Assembly: GCA_963828255.1 (NCBI GenBank)
Contig: CAWHDZ010000016.1
Location: 1-64,000 of the forward strand
DNA from: an uncultured delta proteobacterium
GTDB lineage: Bacteria; Myxococcota; Myxococcia; Myxococcales; Anaeromyxobacteraceae
DNA: 64,000 bases
Direction: 5' to 3'
Each line of letters starts with the position of its first letter. Within the stretch, counting starts at the first letter, position 1. A program made the position numbers and the translations under genes. Below the pieces are notes generated by a model. The model was not told the DNA's origin and ran no database searches. It saw only the letters and a program-made list of their open reading frames with translations. This document shows, one piece after another, positions 10,258 to 18,640 of this stretch.

Positions 10258-12069
10258 ATGCCCAACCTCCTCGCGATGTCCTTCGAAGGCGAGCTCGCGC
10301 CCTCCTTCGACCTCCGCTGCCTGTCCCAGGGCGAAGTCCCCCCCGACGGATGGGGCATCGGCTACTACCCGGGCGGTGAGCCCGCCGCGGCCCTGCTCAA
10401 GGAGCCGGCCCCGCCGAACGGCTCGATCCGCTCCGAGCTCATCAAGGCCTGGGAGCACCTCGAGTCCTCCATCTTCCTGCTCCACGTCCGGCGGGCCACC
10501 TGGGGCGCCATCTCCGACGCCAACACCCAGCCCTTCCTGCGGGCCTGGGGGAAGCGGGAGTGGCTCTTCGGCCACGCCGGGTCGCTGCGCGCCCGGCTCG
10601 AGCTGCGGGCCGGGGCGCCCTTCGAGCCCGTCGGAGCCACCGACACCGAGCTCATCTTCTGCGAGCTGATGAACCGCTTCGCCGAGCGGGGCTGGAAGAG
10701 CATGGGAGAGGCCGATCCCCAGATCTTGCTGGAGTGGCTGGGGAGGATCAACGAGAGCGGCAACCTGACCTGCGTGCTCACCGACGGCCACGACGTGGCG
10801 GTCTACTCCGACCGGGAGTCGGCGGGCATCTGGATGTGGGAGGTGCTCCCGCCCTACGACCGGCTCACCTTCGGCGACACCGAGCTGCTCGTGGACCTGG
10901 GCAAGCGCGGGGTGAAGAGCCGCAAGGGCGTGATCGTGAGCTCCCATCCACTTCAAGTGAACGGAGAGGAGCAGGAGTGGCGGGCCGTCCCGCCCGGCCA
11001 CCTGGTCATGCTGCGGCAGGGCGCGGTGCGCGACGTGATCGCCCCCCTGGTCATCCCCCAGGGACACCCGGCGCTGCCCGGAACGGCGCGGAGGCAGATG
11101 CCCCGCCCCGCCAAGGCGGAGCCCCGCCGCTACCGGGTCACCCACCGGACGTCCTACCAGTACGACAAGCCCATCGAGCGCTCCAGCCACGTCTTCAAGC
11201 TCTTCCCCGCCTCCGACCGGCTGCAGCGGCTCATCTCCCACGACCTCTCGGTCTCGGTGGAGGGGCATTACCGCGACTACGACGACGTCTTCGGCAACCG
11301 GGCCCGCCGCATGGACGTGGAGACGCCCTACGACCGGATGACCATCGTGGCCACCTCGCAGGTGGAGGTGCTCGACACCGACCCGCTCTCCTACCGGCCG
11401 CTCCACCAGCGGGCGCAGATCCCGGTGGTCTGGATGCCCTGGCACCAGCAAGTGTTGCAGCCCTTCCTGCTCCCGCCCGAGCTGGCCGAGACCGAGCTGA
11501 AGGAGCTCAGCGAGTACGCCATGAGCTTCGCGGTCCGCAACGACTTCGACCTGCTCGACACCCTCCTCGACCTGAACCAGTCGATCTACCAGGAGTACAA
11601 GTACACTCCGGGTGCAACGACGGTCTACACCACCCCCTTCGAGGTCTACGCCAACCGCCGCGGGGTCTGCCAGGACTTCACCACCCTCTTCATCTGCCTG
11701 GCCCGGCTGCTCGGGCTGCCGGCCCGCTACGTCTGCGGCTACCTCTGGACCGGCCCGAAGCACGAGAACCAGCGGCAGGCCGAGGCCTCCCACGCCTGGG
11801 CGCAGGTCTTCCTCCCCGAGGCGGGGTGGAAGGGCTTCGACCCCACCAACGGCGTGCTCACCCAGACCGACCACATCCGGGTGGCGGTGGGTCGCAGCTA
11901 CCGGGACGCCACGCCCACCTCCGGGACGATCTTCGTGGGGGGCGGCGGGGAGAAGCTCGAGGTGGAGGTGCAGGTGACGGCCGAGCCTTCAGGCGAGGCC
12001 CCCACAGGCGAGGCTTCAGCCGAGCCAGATCCCGCATCCACCCGGATCCAGTCCCAGTCCCAGCGCTAG
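10258..12069 (+). CDS. Class II glutamine amidotransferase-like (YafJ/EgtC-type) domain fused to transglutaminase
   Basis: N half: DGWGIGYY, HVRRAT, NTQPF, W.FGHAG, GATDTE. C half: Y-R-V-T-H-x-T-x-Y, DVFGN, GVCQDF, ARYVCGY, ASHAWAQV, GFDPTN, VAVGRSYRD. Confidence 0.88.
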   Translation: MPNLLAMSFEGELAPSFDLRCLSQGEVPPDGWGIGYYPGGEPAAALLKEPAPPNGSIRSELIKAWEHLESSIFLLHVRRATWGAISDANTQPFLRAWGKREWLFGHAGSLRARLELRAGAPFEPVGATDTELIFCELMNRFAERGWKSMGEADPQILLEWLGRINESGNLTCVLTDGHDVAVYSDRESAGIWMWEVLPPYDRLTFGDTELLVDLGKRGVKSRKGVIVSSHPLQVNGEEQEWRAVPPGHLVMLRQGAVRDVIAPLVIPQGHPALPGTARRQMPRPAKAEPRRYRVTHRTSYQYDKPIERSSHVFKLFPASDRLQRLISHDLSVSVEGHYRDYDDVFGNRARRMDVETPYDRMTIVATSQVEVLDTDPLSYRPLHQRAQIPVVWMPWHQQVLQPFLLPPELAETELKELSEYAMSFAVRNDFDLLDTLLDLNQSIYQEYKYTPGATTVYTTPFEVYANRRGVCQDFTTLFICLARLLGLPARYVCGYLWTGPKHENQRQAEASHAWAQVFLPEAGWKGFDPTNGVLTQTDHIRVAVGRSYRDATPTSGTIFVGGGGEKLEVEVQVTAEPSGEAPTGEASAEPDPASTRIQSQSQR

Positions 12070-12659
12070 ATCCCGAAGAATCCCAGCCCCAGCCGCGACA
12101 TCCCGCCCGCCGCCGTCCCCAGCACCACGCCGACCGCGACGTCGAGCGGGTAGTGGGCGCCCATGTAGACGCGGGACATCCCGATCCCCAGCGCCAGCAG
12201 CAGCGCCGCCGGCCCGATCCCGAAGGGCGCGCCGGCCAGCGCCACCGCCGCCGCGAAGGCGGCCGTGGTGTGCCCCGACGGGAAGGAGAAGCGGTCCGGG
12301 TTCTCGGCCAGGGCCTCGAAGCCCACGATGGCCGAGGTCGGGCGCGGACGGTGGAGCGAGCGCTTGAGCGTCTGCGAGAAGAGTGTCCCGAGAAGCGCAG
12401 CGGCTGCCAGCCGGGCCCCCAGGACGGTGAAGTGCGCGCCCGCGGACAGGAGGACCAGGACGACGATGGTCCAGGACGAGGTGTCGCCCGCGCGGGTGAG
12501 GGCCTTCGCCAGGCGCGTGCGCCACGGTCCGTGAAGCCGGCGCGCCGCGACGAGGAGCCGCTCGTCGATCGCGAGGAGCCTGGCCAGACGACCCACGGGA
12601 AGCGAGAGGTCCGGCGCTGCCGGGCTCTCGTACTGGGTGGTCTCGCGCAGCTCGCTCAC
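12066..12659 (-). CDS. PAP2-family phosphatase (undecaprenyl-PP phosphatase-like)
   Basis: K-x6-RP (KRSLHRPRP), SFPSGH and SRVYMGAHYPLDV motifs. Confidence 0.9.
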   Translation of the reverse strand: MSELRETTQYESPAAPDLSLPVGRLARLLAIDERLLVAARRLHGPWRTRLAKALTRAGDTSSWTIVVLVLLSAGAHFTVLGARLAAAALLGTLFSQTLKRSLHRPRPTSAIVGFEALAENPDRFSFPSGHTTAAFAAAVALAGAPFGIGPAALLLALGIGMSRVYMGAHYPLDVAVGVVLGTAAGGMSRLGLGFFGI

Positions 12660-12692
12660 GGGTGGATCATGCCCTCCCGGCGGCCTTCCTGC

Positions 12693-12719
12693 ATGAACCC
12701 TGGGTCACGTCTCCGTGAC
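12693..12719 (-). promoter_or_regulatory. Pho-box-like triple repeat upstream of the PAP2 gene
   Basis: Minus strand GTCAC-N6-GTGAC-N6-TTCAT, exact 11-bp period. Confidence 0.35.
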
Positions 12720-12757
12720 GGTTTCCGGCGCCGGAATCGGCCCGGATCACCCGGGGT

Positions 12758-13711
12758 TCACGGCATGTAGACAAGGAACCGACACCGGATCCCGCCGTTC
12801 TGGACCTCGAACACGCGGTCCGGCGTGCCCGGGAGGGACCGCGCGACGGCCACGTCGCCCGCCAGGACACCGACCGTCCAGCCGGGGAGGCGCGCGAGGA
12901 GGGAGCCGAGCGCCCGCCAGGACTCCTCGACCTCGCGGTCGAGCCGGATCCCGTAGGGCGGGTTCACCAGGCAGACGCCCGGCCCCGGCGGCGGCGACAC
13001 GCCGGCGGCGTCGCGCCGCTCGATCCGCACGAAGCGTTCCATCCCGGCCGCCTCGGAGTTCTTCCCGGCCAGCCGGACCGCGCCCCCGTTGCGGTCGGAG
13101 GCGAGGACCGGCGCCGGCGGATCGCGGGAGAGCGCGGAGAGCCGTTCGCGGACATCCCCGGTGCGGGCCGCGTCGTGCCCCGGCCAGCCCTCGAAGGCGA
13201 AGGTGCGACCGAGCCCGGGAGCGCGGCGGCCGGCCAGGAGCGCCGCCTCGACGGCGATGGTGCCCGACCCGCACATGGGGTCGAGGAAGGGCAGCGTCCC
13301 GTCGTATCCCAGCTCGAGGAGCAGTCCTGCGGCGAGGCTCTCCCGCAGCGGCGCGGCGCCCACCCGGGCCCGCCAGCCCCGCTTGAACAGGGGCGCGCCG
13401 GCCGCGTCGGCGGAGAGGGTGGCGCCGTCCCCCTCGCGCCGCGATTCCAGCTCGACGCCCGGCATCCGGTGGGCGAGCTCGCGGCGCGCCGCGAGGACTC
13501 CGGAGGCCGGCCCCTCCCAGAGCCGGGCCTTCACCGCGTCGGCGGCCCGCGACCCCAGGCAGGCGACGGCCCAGGCGTCCCGCCCCACGGCCTCGGCTCC
13601 CCCTGCCAGGGCGCGCGCGGAGAGACCGAGCCCGTCGAGCTCGCGGGCCAGGGCCGGCTCGAGCCCGGGTGCGCAGGCTGCGAAGATCCGCTGGGTGGTC
13701 TCGTCACTCAC
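12758..13711 (-). CDS. RlmL/UPF0020-like RNA methyltransferase (reduced THUMP)
   Basis: CAPGLE..LA.EL, LFKRGWR, APLRESLAAG, DPMCGSGT and NPPYG motifs. Confidence 0.85.
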   Translation of the reverse strand: MSDETTQRIFAACAPGLEPALARELDGLGLSARALAGGAEAVGRDAWAVACLGSRAADAVKARLWEGPASGVLAARRELAHRMPGVELESRREGDGATLSADAAGAPLFKRGWRARVGAAPLRESLAAGLLLELGYDGTLPFLDPMCGSGTIAVEAALLAGRRAPGLGRTFAFEGWPGHDAARTGDVRERLSALSRDPPAPVLASDRNGGAVRLAGKNSEAAGMERFVRIERRDAAGVSPPPGPGVCLVNPPYGIRLDREVEESWRALGSLLARLPGWTVGVLAGDVAVARSLPGTPDRVFEVQNGGIRCRFLVYMP

Positions 13712-14199
13712 GGTGCGGGTGGCTGCTCCACCCGCGGGAGGGGAAGCCGGGCGAGCATCTTCAGGAAGAGCGCGCGCAGGATCCAGGTGGCGAGCGGCGC
13801 GACGATGAGCCAGGCCACCATGGCCCGGGCGTTGGCGTCGGCGTAGCGGACCACGGTCGGCCAGATGCCCACGGTGAGCTCGGCCTGGATCTGCTCGATC
13901 GAGAAGGGGACCGGCGGCCCTCCGGTGAGCCAGGCCCCGGCCTGGAAGAAGGGGACGAAGAGCAGGATCTGGAGCGGATAGGCCAGGTAGTTCGCCGCCA
14001 CCACCGCGACGTGGTTCAGCCGCAGGACGACCGAGACGGCCAGCGCGAAGAGGGTGGTGATCCCCAGGACCGGCATCGCCGAGATCACCACGCCCAGCGC
14101 GAGCGAGAGGGCCAGCTTGGCCGGGGTCACCCCCTGCCAGAGTTGCTGCTTCACCGGTTCCACCACCCGGCGGCGGAGCGCCTCCTTCAACCCGTCCAT
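13708..14199 (-). CDS. DUF2062-family membrane protein
   Basis: ATG 14199: MDGLKEAL...QGVTPAKLALSLALG....P.LG.TT....RLN; hydrophobic. Confidence 0.75.
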   Translation of the reverse strand: MDGLKEALRRRVVEPVKQQLWQGVTPAKLALSLALGVVISAMPVLGITTLFALAVSVVLRLNHVAVVAANYLAYPLQILLFVPFFQAGAWLTGGPPVPFSIEQIQAELTVGIWPTVVRYADANARAMVAWLIVAPLATWILRALFLKMLARLPLPRVEQPPAP

Positions 14200-14262
14200 G
14201 GGTCCTTCATAATCCCGATCCCCTCGCGGAAACCGCCAACTTGGGGTACATCCGCGCCCGTC

Positions 14263-15861
14263 ATGATCTCGGTACAGGACGTCACCAAGGCCTTCGGCCC
14301 CAAGAAGCTCTTCGAGGACGTGAACGTCACGTTCTCCCCCGGCCGCCGCTACGGTCTCACCGGCCCCAACGGCTCGGGCAAGTCCACCTTCATGAAGATC
14401 CTCTCCGGCGACGAGGACTCGGACACCGGCCAGGTCCACCGCCCCAGGCGGCTCGGCATCCTGCGCCAGGACCACTTCAAGTACGACGAGGACCGGGTCA
14501 TCGACGTGGTCCTCATGGGCAACGGGGTGCTCTGGAAGGCCATGAAGGAGAAGGACGACATCCTGGCCCAGGCCGACATCTCCGAGGACGACGGGCACAA
14601 GCTCGCCGAGCTGGAGGGGGTCATCGGCGAGGAGGACGGCTACGAGGCCGAGGCCCAGGCCGCCGAGCTTCTCCAGGGGCTCGGCATCGCCAACGGCTGG
14701 CACGACCAGCCCATGAAGAGCCTGGCCGGGGGGTTGAAGCTCCGGGTGCTGCTCGCCCAGGCGCTCTTCGGGAACCCCCAGGGGTTGCTCCTCGACGAGC
14801 CCACCAACAACCTCGACCTCGACTCGATCCGCTGGCTGGAGCGCTTCCTCCACGACTTCGAGGGCGTGCTCGTCACCATCAGCCACGACCGCCACTTCCT
14901 CAACTCCATCTGCACCCACATCGCCGACATCGACTACGAGGCCATCATCACCTACACGGGTGGCTACGACGACATGGTCCGGCAGAAGGGGCAGGTCCGG
15001 AACCGCATCGAGTCGGAGAACGCCGAGAAGAAGAAGAGGATCGAGCAGCTCCAGGAGTTCGTGGCCCGCTTCTCGGCGGGCACGCGGGCCTCGCAGGTGC
15101 AGAGCCGCAAGGGGCAGATCCAGAAGCTCAAGCTCGACGACCTGAAGCGCTCCAACATCCAGGCCCCCTTCATCAAGTTCGAGGTCAAGGCGCCGAGCGG
15201 CCGGCAGACGCTGGAGATCCGTGATCTCGAGAAGCGCTTCCACGGCAACGAGGTGATCCAGTCACTCACCGCCCTCGTCACCCGGGGTGAGAAGATCGCC
15301 GTCATCGGCCGGAACGCGGCGGGCAAGTCCACCCTGGTGAGGCTCTTGGTCGGCGACCTCGAGCCCAGCGCCGGGAGCGCGAGGTGGGGGCACCAGGCCA
15401 TCCCCGGCTACCTGCCGCAGGACCACGCCGGCCTCATCAAGCCCGGCACGACCGCCTTCGGCTGGCTGCGCGAGCAGGAGGACAAGCTCTCCAACGAGGA
15501 GATCTCCGGCCTGCTCGGGCGGATGCTCTTCTCCGGCGAGGAGCGCATGAAGCCCACCGCCACCCTCTCCGGCGGCGAGACGGTGCGCCTCCTCATGGCC
15601 AAGCTCATGATGGACAAGCCCAACGTGCTGGTCCTCGACGAGCCCACCAACCACCTCGACCTCGAGGCCATCGCCTCGCTCTCCGAGGGGTTGAAGCGTT
15701 ACGAGGGCACGGCCATCTTCGTGACCCACGACCAGCAACTCGTGGACGAGGTGGCCACGCGGATCTGGCACGTGAGGGCGGGGGAGCCGGTCAACGACTT
15801 CCCGGGAACCTTCGCCGAGTATCTCGAGAAGCACCCCGACCTGGCGGCCGAGCACCGGTAG
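14263..15861 (+). CDS. ABC-F family ribosome-associated ATPase (YbiT-like)
   Basis: Two ABC domains (GPNGSGKST...LLLDEPTNNLD; GRNAAGKST...LSGGE...LDEPTNHLD), SRKGQI linker, no TM segments. Confidence 0.92.
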   Translation: MISVQDVTKAFGPKKLFEDVNVTFSPGRRYGLTGPNGSGKSTFMKILSGDEDSDTGQVHRPRRLGILRQDHFKYDEDRVIDVVLMGNGVLWKAMKEKDDILAQADISEDDGHKLAELEGVIGEEDGYEAEAQAAELLQGLGIANGWHDQPMKSLAGGLKLRVLLAQALFGNPQGLLLDEPTNNLDLDSIRWLERFLHDFEGVLVTISHDRHFLNSICTHIADIDYEAIITYTGGYDDMVRQKGQVRNRIESENAEKKKRIEQLQEFVARFSAGTRASQVQSRKGQIQKLKLDDLKRSNIQAPFIKFEVKAPSGRQTLEIRDLEKRFHGNEVIQSLTALVTRGEKIAVIGRNAAGKSTLVRLLVGDLEPSAGSARWGHQAIPGYLPQDHAGLIKPGTTAFGWLREQEDKLSNEEISGLLGRMLFSGEERMKPTATLSGGETVRLLMAKLMMDKPNVLVLDEPTNHLDLEAIASLSEGLKRYEGTAIFVTHDQQLVDEVATRIWHVRAGEPVNDFPGTFAEYLEKHPDLAAEHR

Positions 15862-15890
15862 CCGCGCCGCCGGGGGCCGGGGGCCGGGCG

Positions 15891-16562
15891 TCAGCGGGCG
15901 AAGAAGGCCGGAACCTCGACGAGCGATCGGATCTCCACCTCCGGAGCGCCGGGCAGGCGATCCGGGGGGAGGGCGAGCCGGTTGCACCAGGCCACCCGGA
16001 AGCCGAAGGCGCTCGCGCCGTGGGCGTCCCAACCATTGGCGGAGACGAAGCCGATCTCCCCGGGCAGCAGGTCGAGCGACCGCGCCGCCATCGCGTAGAC
16101 CTCGGGTGAAGGCTTGTAGACGGCCACCTCCTCCACCGAGAGCACGTTGTCGAGGAGCACGTCGAGCCGCGCGTTGCGGATTCCGGCGTCGAGCATGCCG
16201 GTGGACCCGTTGGAGAGGACCGCCAGCTGCAGCCCCTGCTCCCGCAGCGCCTGGAGCGCCGGGCGCGCGTCGGGGTAGGCCTCGAGATGGAGGTAGAGGT
16301 CCATGAGCCGCTTGCGCAGCGCCGGGTCGTGGATGTCCATGGCCTGAAGCGCGTAGTCGAGCGCCTCGCCGGTGACCTGCCAGAAGTCCACGTGGCGGCG
16401 CATCAGGCTGCGCAGCCAGGTGTACTCGAGCTGCTTGCGGCGCCAGAGATCGGAGAGGGAGCGCCAGCGGTCGCCCAGGGCGTCCCCGGCCCGCTCGGCG
16501 GCGGTGTTGAAGTCGAGAAGGGTCCCGTAGGCGTCGAATACGACGGCGCGGACCGTGGCCAT
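15891..16562 (-). CDS. Haloacid dehalogenase, type II
   Basis: VFDAYGTL, WRRKQLEYTW, LSNG, YKP, FVSANGWD. Confidence 0.92.
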   Translation of the reverse strand: MATVRAVVFDAYGTLLDFNTAAERAGDALGDRWRSLSDLWRRKQLEYTWLRSLMRRHVDFWQVTGEALDYALQAMDIHDPALRKRLMDLYLHLEAYPDARPALQALREQGLQLAVLSNGSTGMLDAGIRNARLDVLLDNVLSVEEVAVYKPSPEVYAMAARSLDLLPGEIGFVSANGWDAHGASAFGFRVAWCNRLALPPDRLPGAPEVEIRSLVEVPAFFAR

Positions 16563-16596
16563 CCCGGAATCCTAGCGCTATCCTGCGCCTCCCGTC

Positions 16597-17277
16597 ATGC
16601 GCCGCCGCGTCATCCTCGCCGGGCTGGTCGTCGCCGCGGTCGCGGCGCTCCTCCTCCTCGCCCCCACCCGGGCCTGGCTGGACGGGCTTTCCGGCTGGGC
16701 GCGCGCCGCCGGGCCGGCCGGCGTGGCGGCCTTCGCGCTGGCCTACGCCGCGGGGTCGGTGCTGGTGCTGCCGGTGTGGCCGCTCACCGTTGCGGCCGGT
16801 GTGGCCTACGGGGCGTGGTGGGGCTTCGCCCTGGCGCTCCCGGCCGGCGCGGCCGGGGCGACGCTGGCCTTCCTGGCCGGGCGGACGCTCTTCCGGGAAG
16901 CGGTGGCCAGTCGGGTGGCCCGGGACCCCCGCCTGGCGGCGATCGACGAGGCGGTCTCGCGGCAGGGGGCGTTCCTGGTGGTGCTCCTGCGCCTCTCTCC
17001 GTTCGCGCCCTACAACGTGGTGAACTACGCGCTGTCGGCGAGCCGGCTGGGCGTCGTCGCGTTCGCCGGCGCGTCGCTCGTGGGCATGGCGCCCATCACC
17101 TTTGCCTGGGCGTGGGCCGGAGCGACGTTCGGGAGCCTGGAGGGGGTCGCGGGCCGGCCTCCGGCGGGGCCGGCGGAGCAGGCCCTGCGGTGGGCGGGGC
17201 TCGCGGCCACGGTGGCGGTGGTCGTGCTCCTCGGGCGGATGGCGCGCAAGGCGCTGGCGGCACGGGCGCCGAAGTAG
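16597..17277 (+). CDS. TVP38/TMEM64 (VTT domain) membrane protein
   Basis: LTVAAGVAYG...GATLAF..GR, LLRLSPFAPYNVVNY. Confidence 0.88.
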   Translation: MRRRVILAGLVVAAVAALLLLAPTRAWLDGLSGWARAAGPAGVAAFALAYAAGSVLVLPVWPLTVAAGVAYGAWWGFALALPAGAAGATLAFLAGRTLFREAVASRVARDPRLAAIDEAVSRQGAFLVVLLRLSPFAPYNVVNYALSASRLGVVAFAGASLVGMAPITFAWAWAGATFGSLEGVAGRPPAGPAEQALRWAGLAATVAVVVLLGRMARKALAARAPK

Positions 17278-18269
17278 ACGGCGCAGTCCTCGCGCACGAC
17301 CGGGTTCCTGGTGAACAGGTCCATGTGCGCGTCGCCGTAGACCTGGCGCGCGGCCTCGAGATTGTGATTCTTGCACAGGATCCTCGTGTTACTCACAGTG
17401 GATGACCCACCTCGTCCCCGCGGAACGACGTGGTCGATCTCCAGCCGCACCGTCGAGCCGCAGACTCCACCTCCAACCACTGGCCATTGGCACTTCCCCT
17501 CGTCCCGCTTCACGACCTCCCGCTTCACCCTGAGCGGAACGCTGGCCCGGCGCTTCTCCTGGGCCGCCAGCAGGAGGTCGAGGGCGGCGTCGATGACCTG
17601 TTCGTCCGTCGCCCTCGGCGTCATGTGGGACTGGCCCGCCCTGGCCCGCCTGAGTTTGGCCAGCAGTTCCCTCGACACGGTCAGGTGAATGCGGCTCTGC
17701 GAGGCGGTGAGCGGTTCGACGACGGTCTTCGACGATTCCACGACGGGGCTCGCCGGATCCCGCACCGGTTCCGGCGGCGTTGCCAAAAATTCACCCGGGT
17801 GAATCGCCGAAGTAGCTGATTTCACTGGAACGGGGATCTGGGTGACCACCGTCCTTCGCGGGACCACCGCCGCTGGTAGGATCTCCGCCGCGACCTGTTT
17901 CGCCTCCTGCTTGGAGCAGTGGAAGAACCTCGGCAGGACCACGCCCCGGTTCGCCTCGGTCATGACCTTCGCAAGCTGCAGGATACTGGTCAGGCAGAGT
18001 CGGCCGTCTCGCAGCGGTTCCACCACCTCCGGGAACCTCCCCACCAGCCGGGCCGCAACCTTCCGGTAGTGGGCCGCGCCCTCCGAAAGCTCGAGCGCCC
18101 GGACCAGGTAGTCGAAGACGTGGGCGTAGCCGAGGCGCCGGTACGAGCCCGTCCGGTCGAACTCCGCGAGGGCGACCAGGAAGTCGGCCAGGGCTCCGTG
18201 CTCGCGACGGAGCAGGTCGGCGAGGTGGCGGGAGGACTCCCGGGCGGCGGACAGGTTCGTGTCGTTCAT
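17025..18269 (-). CDS. HNH endonuclease with N-terminal DUF222-like helical domain (myxobacterial type)
   Basis: N-terminal LADFLVALAEFD....Y..LGY...FDYL...L.LSEG; C-terminal RDEGKCQW.....CGST.RLEIDHVVP.G.GG.....N.RILCKNHN. Lower GC than flanks. Confidence 0.85.
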   Translation of the reverse strand: MNDTNLSAARESSRHLADLLRREHGALADFLVALAEFDRTGSYRRLGYAHVFDYLVRALELSEGAAHYRKVAARLVGRFPEVVEPLRDGRLCLTSILQLAKVMTEANRGVVLPRFFHCSKQEAKQVAAEILPAAVVPRRTVVTQIPVPVKSATSAIHPGEFLATPPEPVRDPASPVVESSKTVVEPLTASQSRIHLTVSRELLAKLRRARAGQSHMTPRATDEQVIDAALDLLLAAQEKRRASVPLRVKREVVKRDEGKCQWPVVGGGVCGSTVRLEIDHVVPRGRGGSSTVSNTRILCKNHNLEAARQVYGDAHMDLFTRNPVVREDCAVYFGARAASALRAIRPRSTTTATVAASPAHRRACSAGPAGGRPATPSRLPNVAPAHAQAKVMGAMPTSDAPANATTPSRLADSA

Positions 18270-18640
18270 TCCGCCACTGTCTCACGAGAATTTCGGCCCT
18301 CGCCAAACGCACCAGGACGGTCGCTGGAGCGATATTCCGTGCGGGGATCTCGAACGACGCCAGAAACTCCGCGCGCCTCTCCACGGCGAAATTCGGCGAC
18401 CCCTGGGGCCTTCCTCGCGCACCCTCATCGCCGAAGCCAGATCTCACGAAATGCCTGTCAATACTGCATTATCGTATCGCCCACTTACGCCCCATCTGCC
18501 CGATGGTCCGCGCCGCGGACGATGCGGTCGCGTCCCGCGCCGCGCCCCGCTCCGGGCTGCCCGGGGGAGTTTCGTCCGGACGCAACTCGCCACCGCCGCC
18601 GGCAGGATCGCCCCGCCGCGTTTCGCGGTAGAACGTGACC

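Noticed and set aside
17025..18634. IscB/Cas9-like RNA-guided nuclease or classical IS
   Set aside because: No RuvC motifs, PLMP start, transposase, terminal inverted repeats or CRISPR repeats seen; kept only as a generic HNH element.
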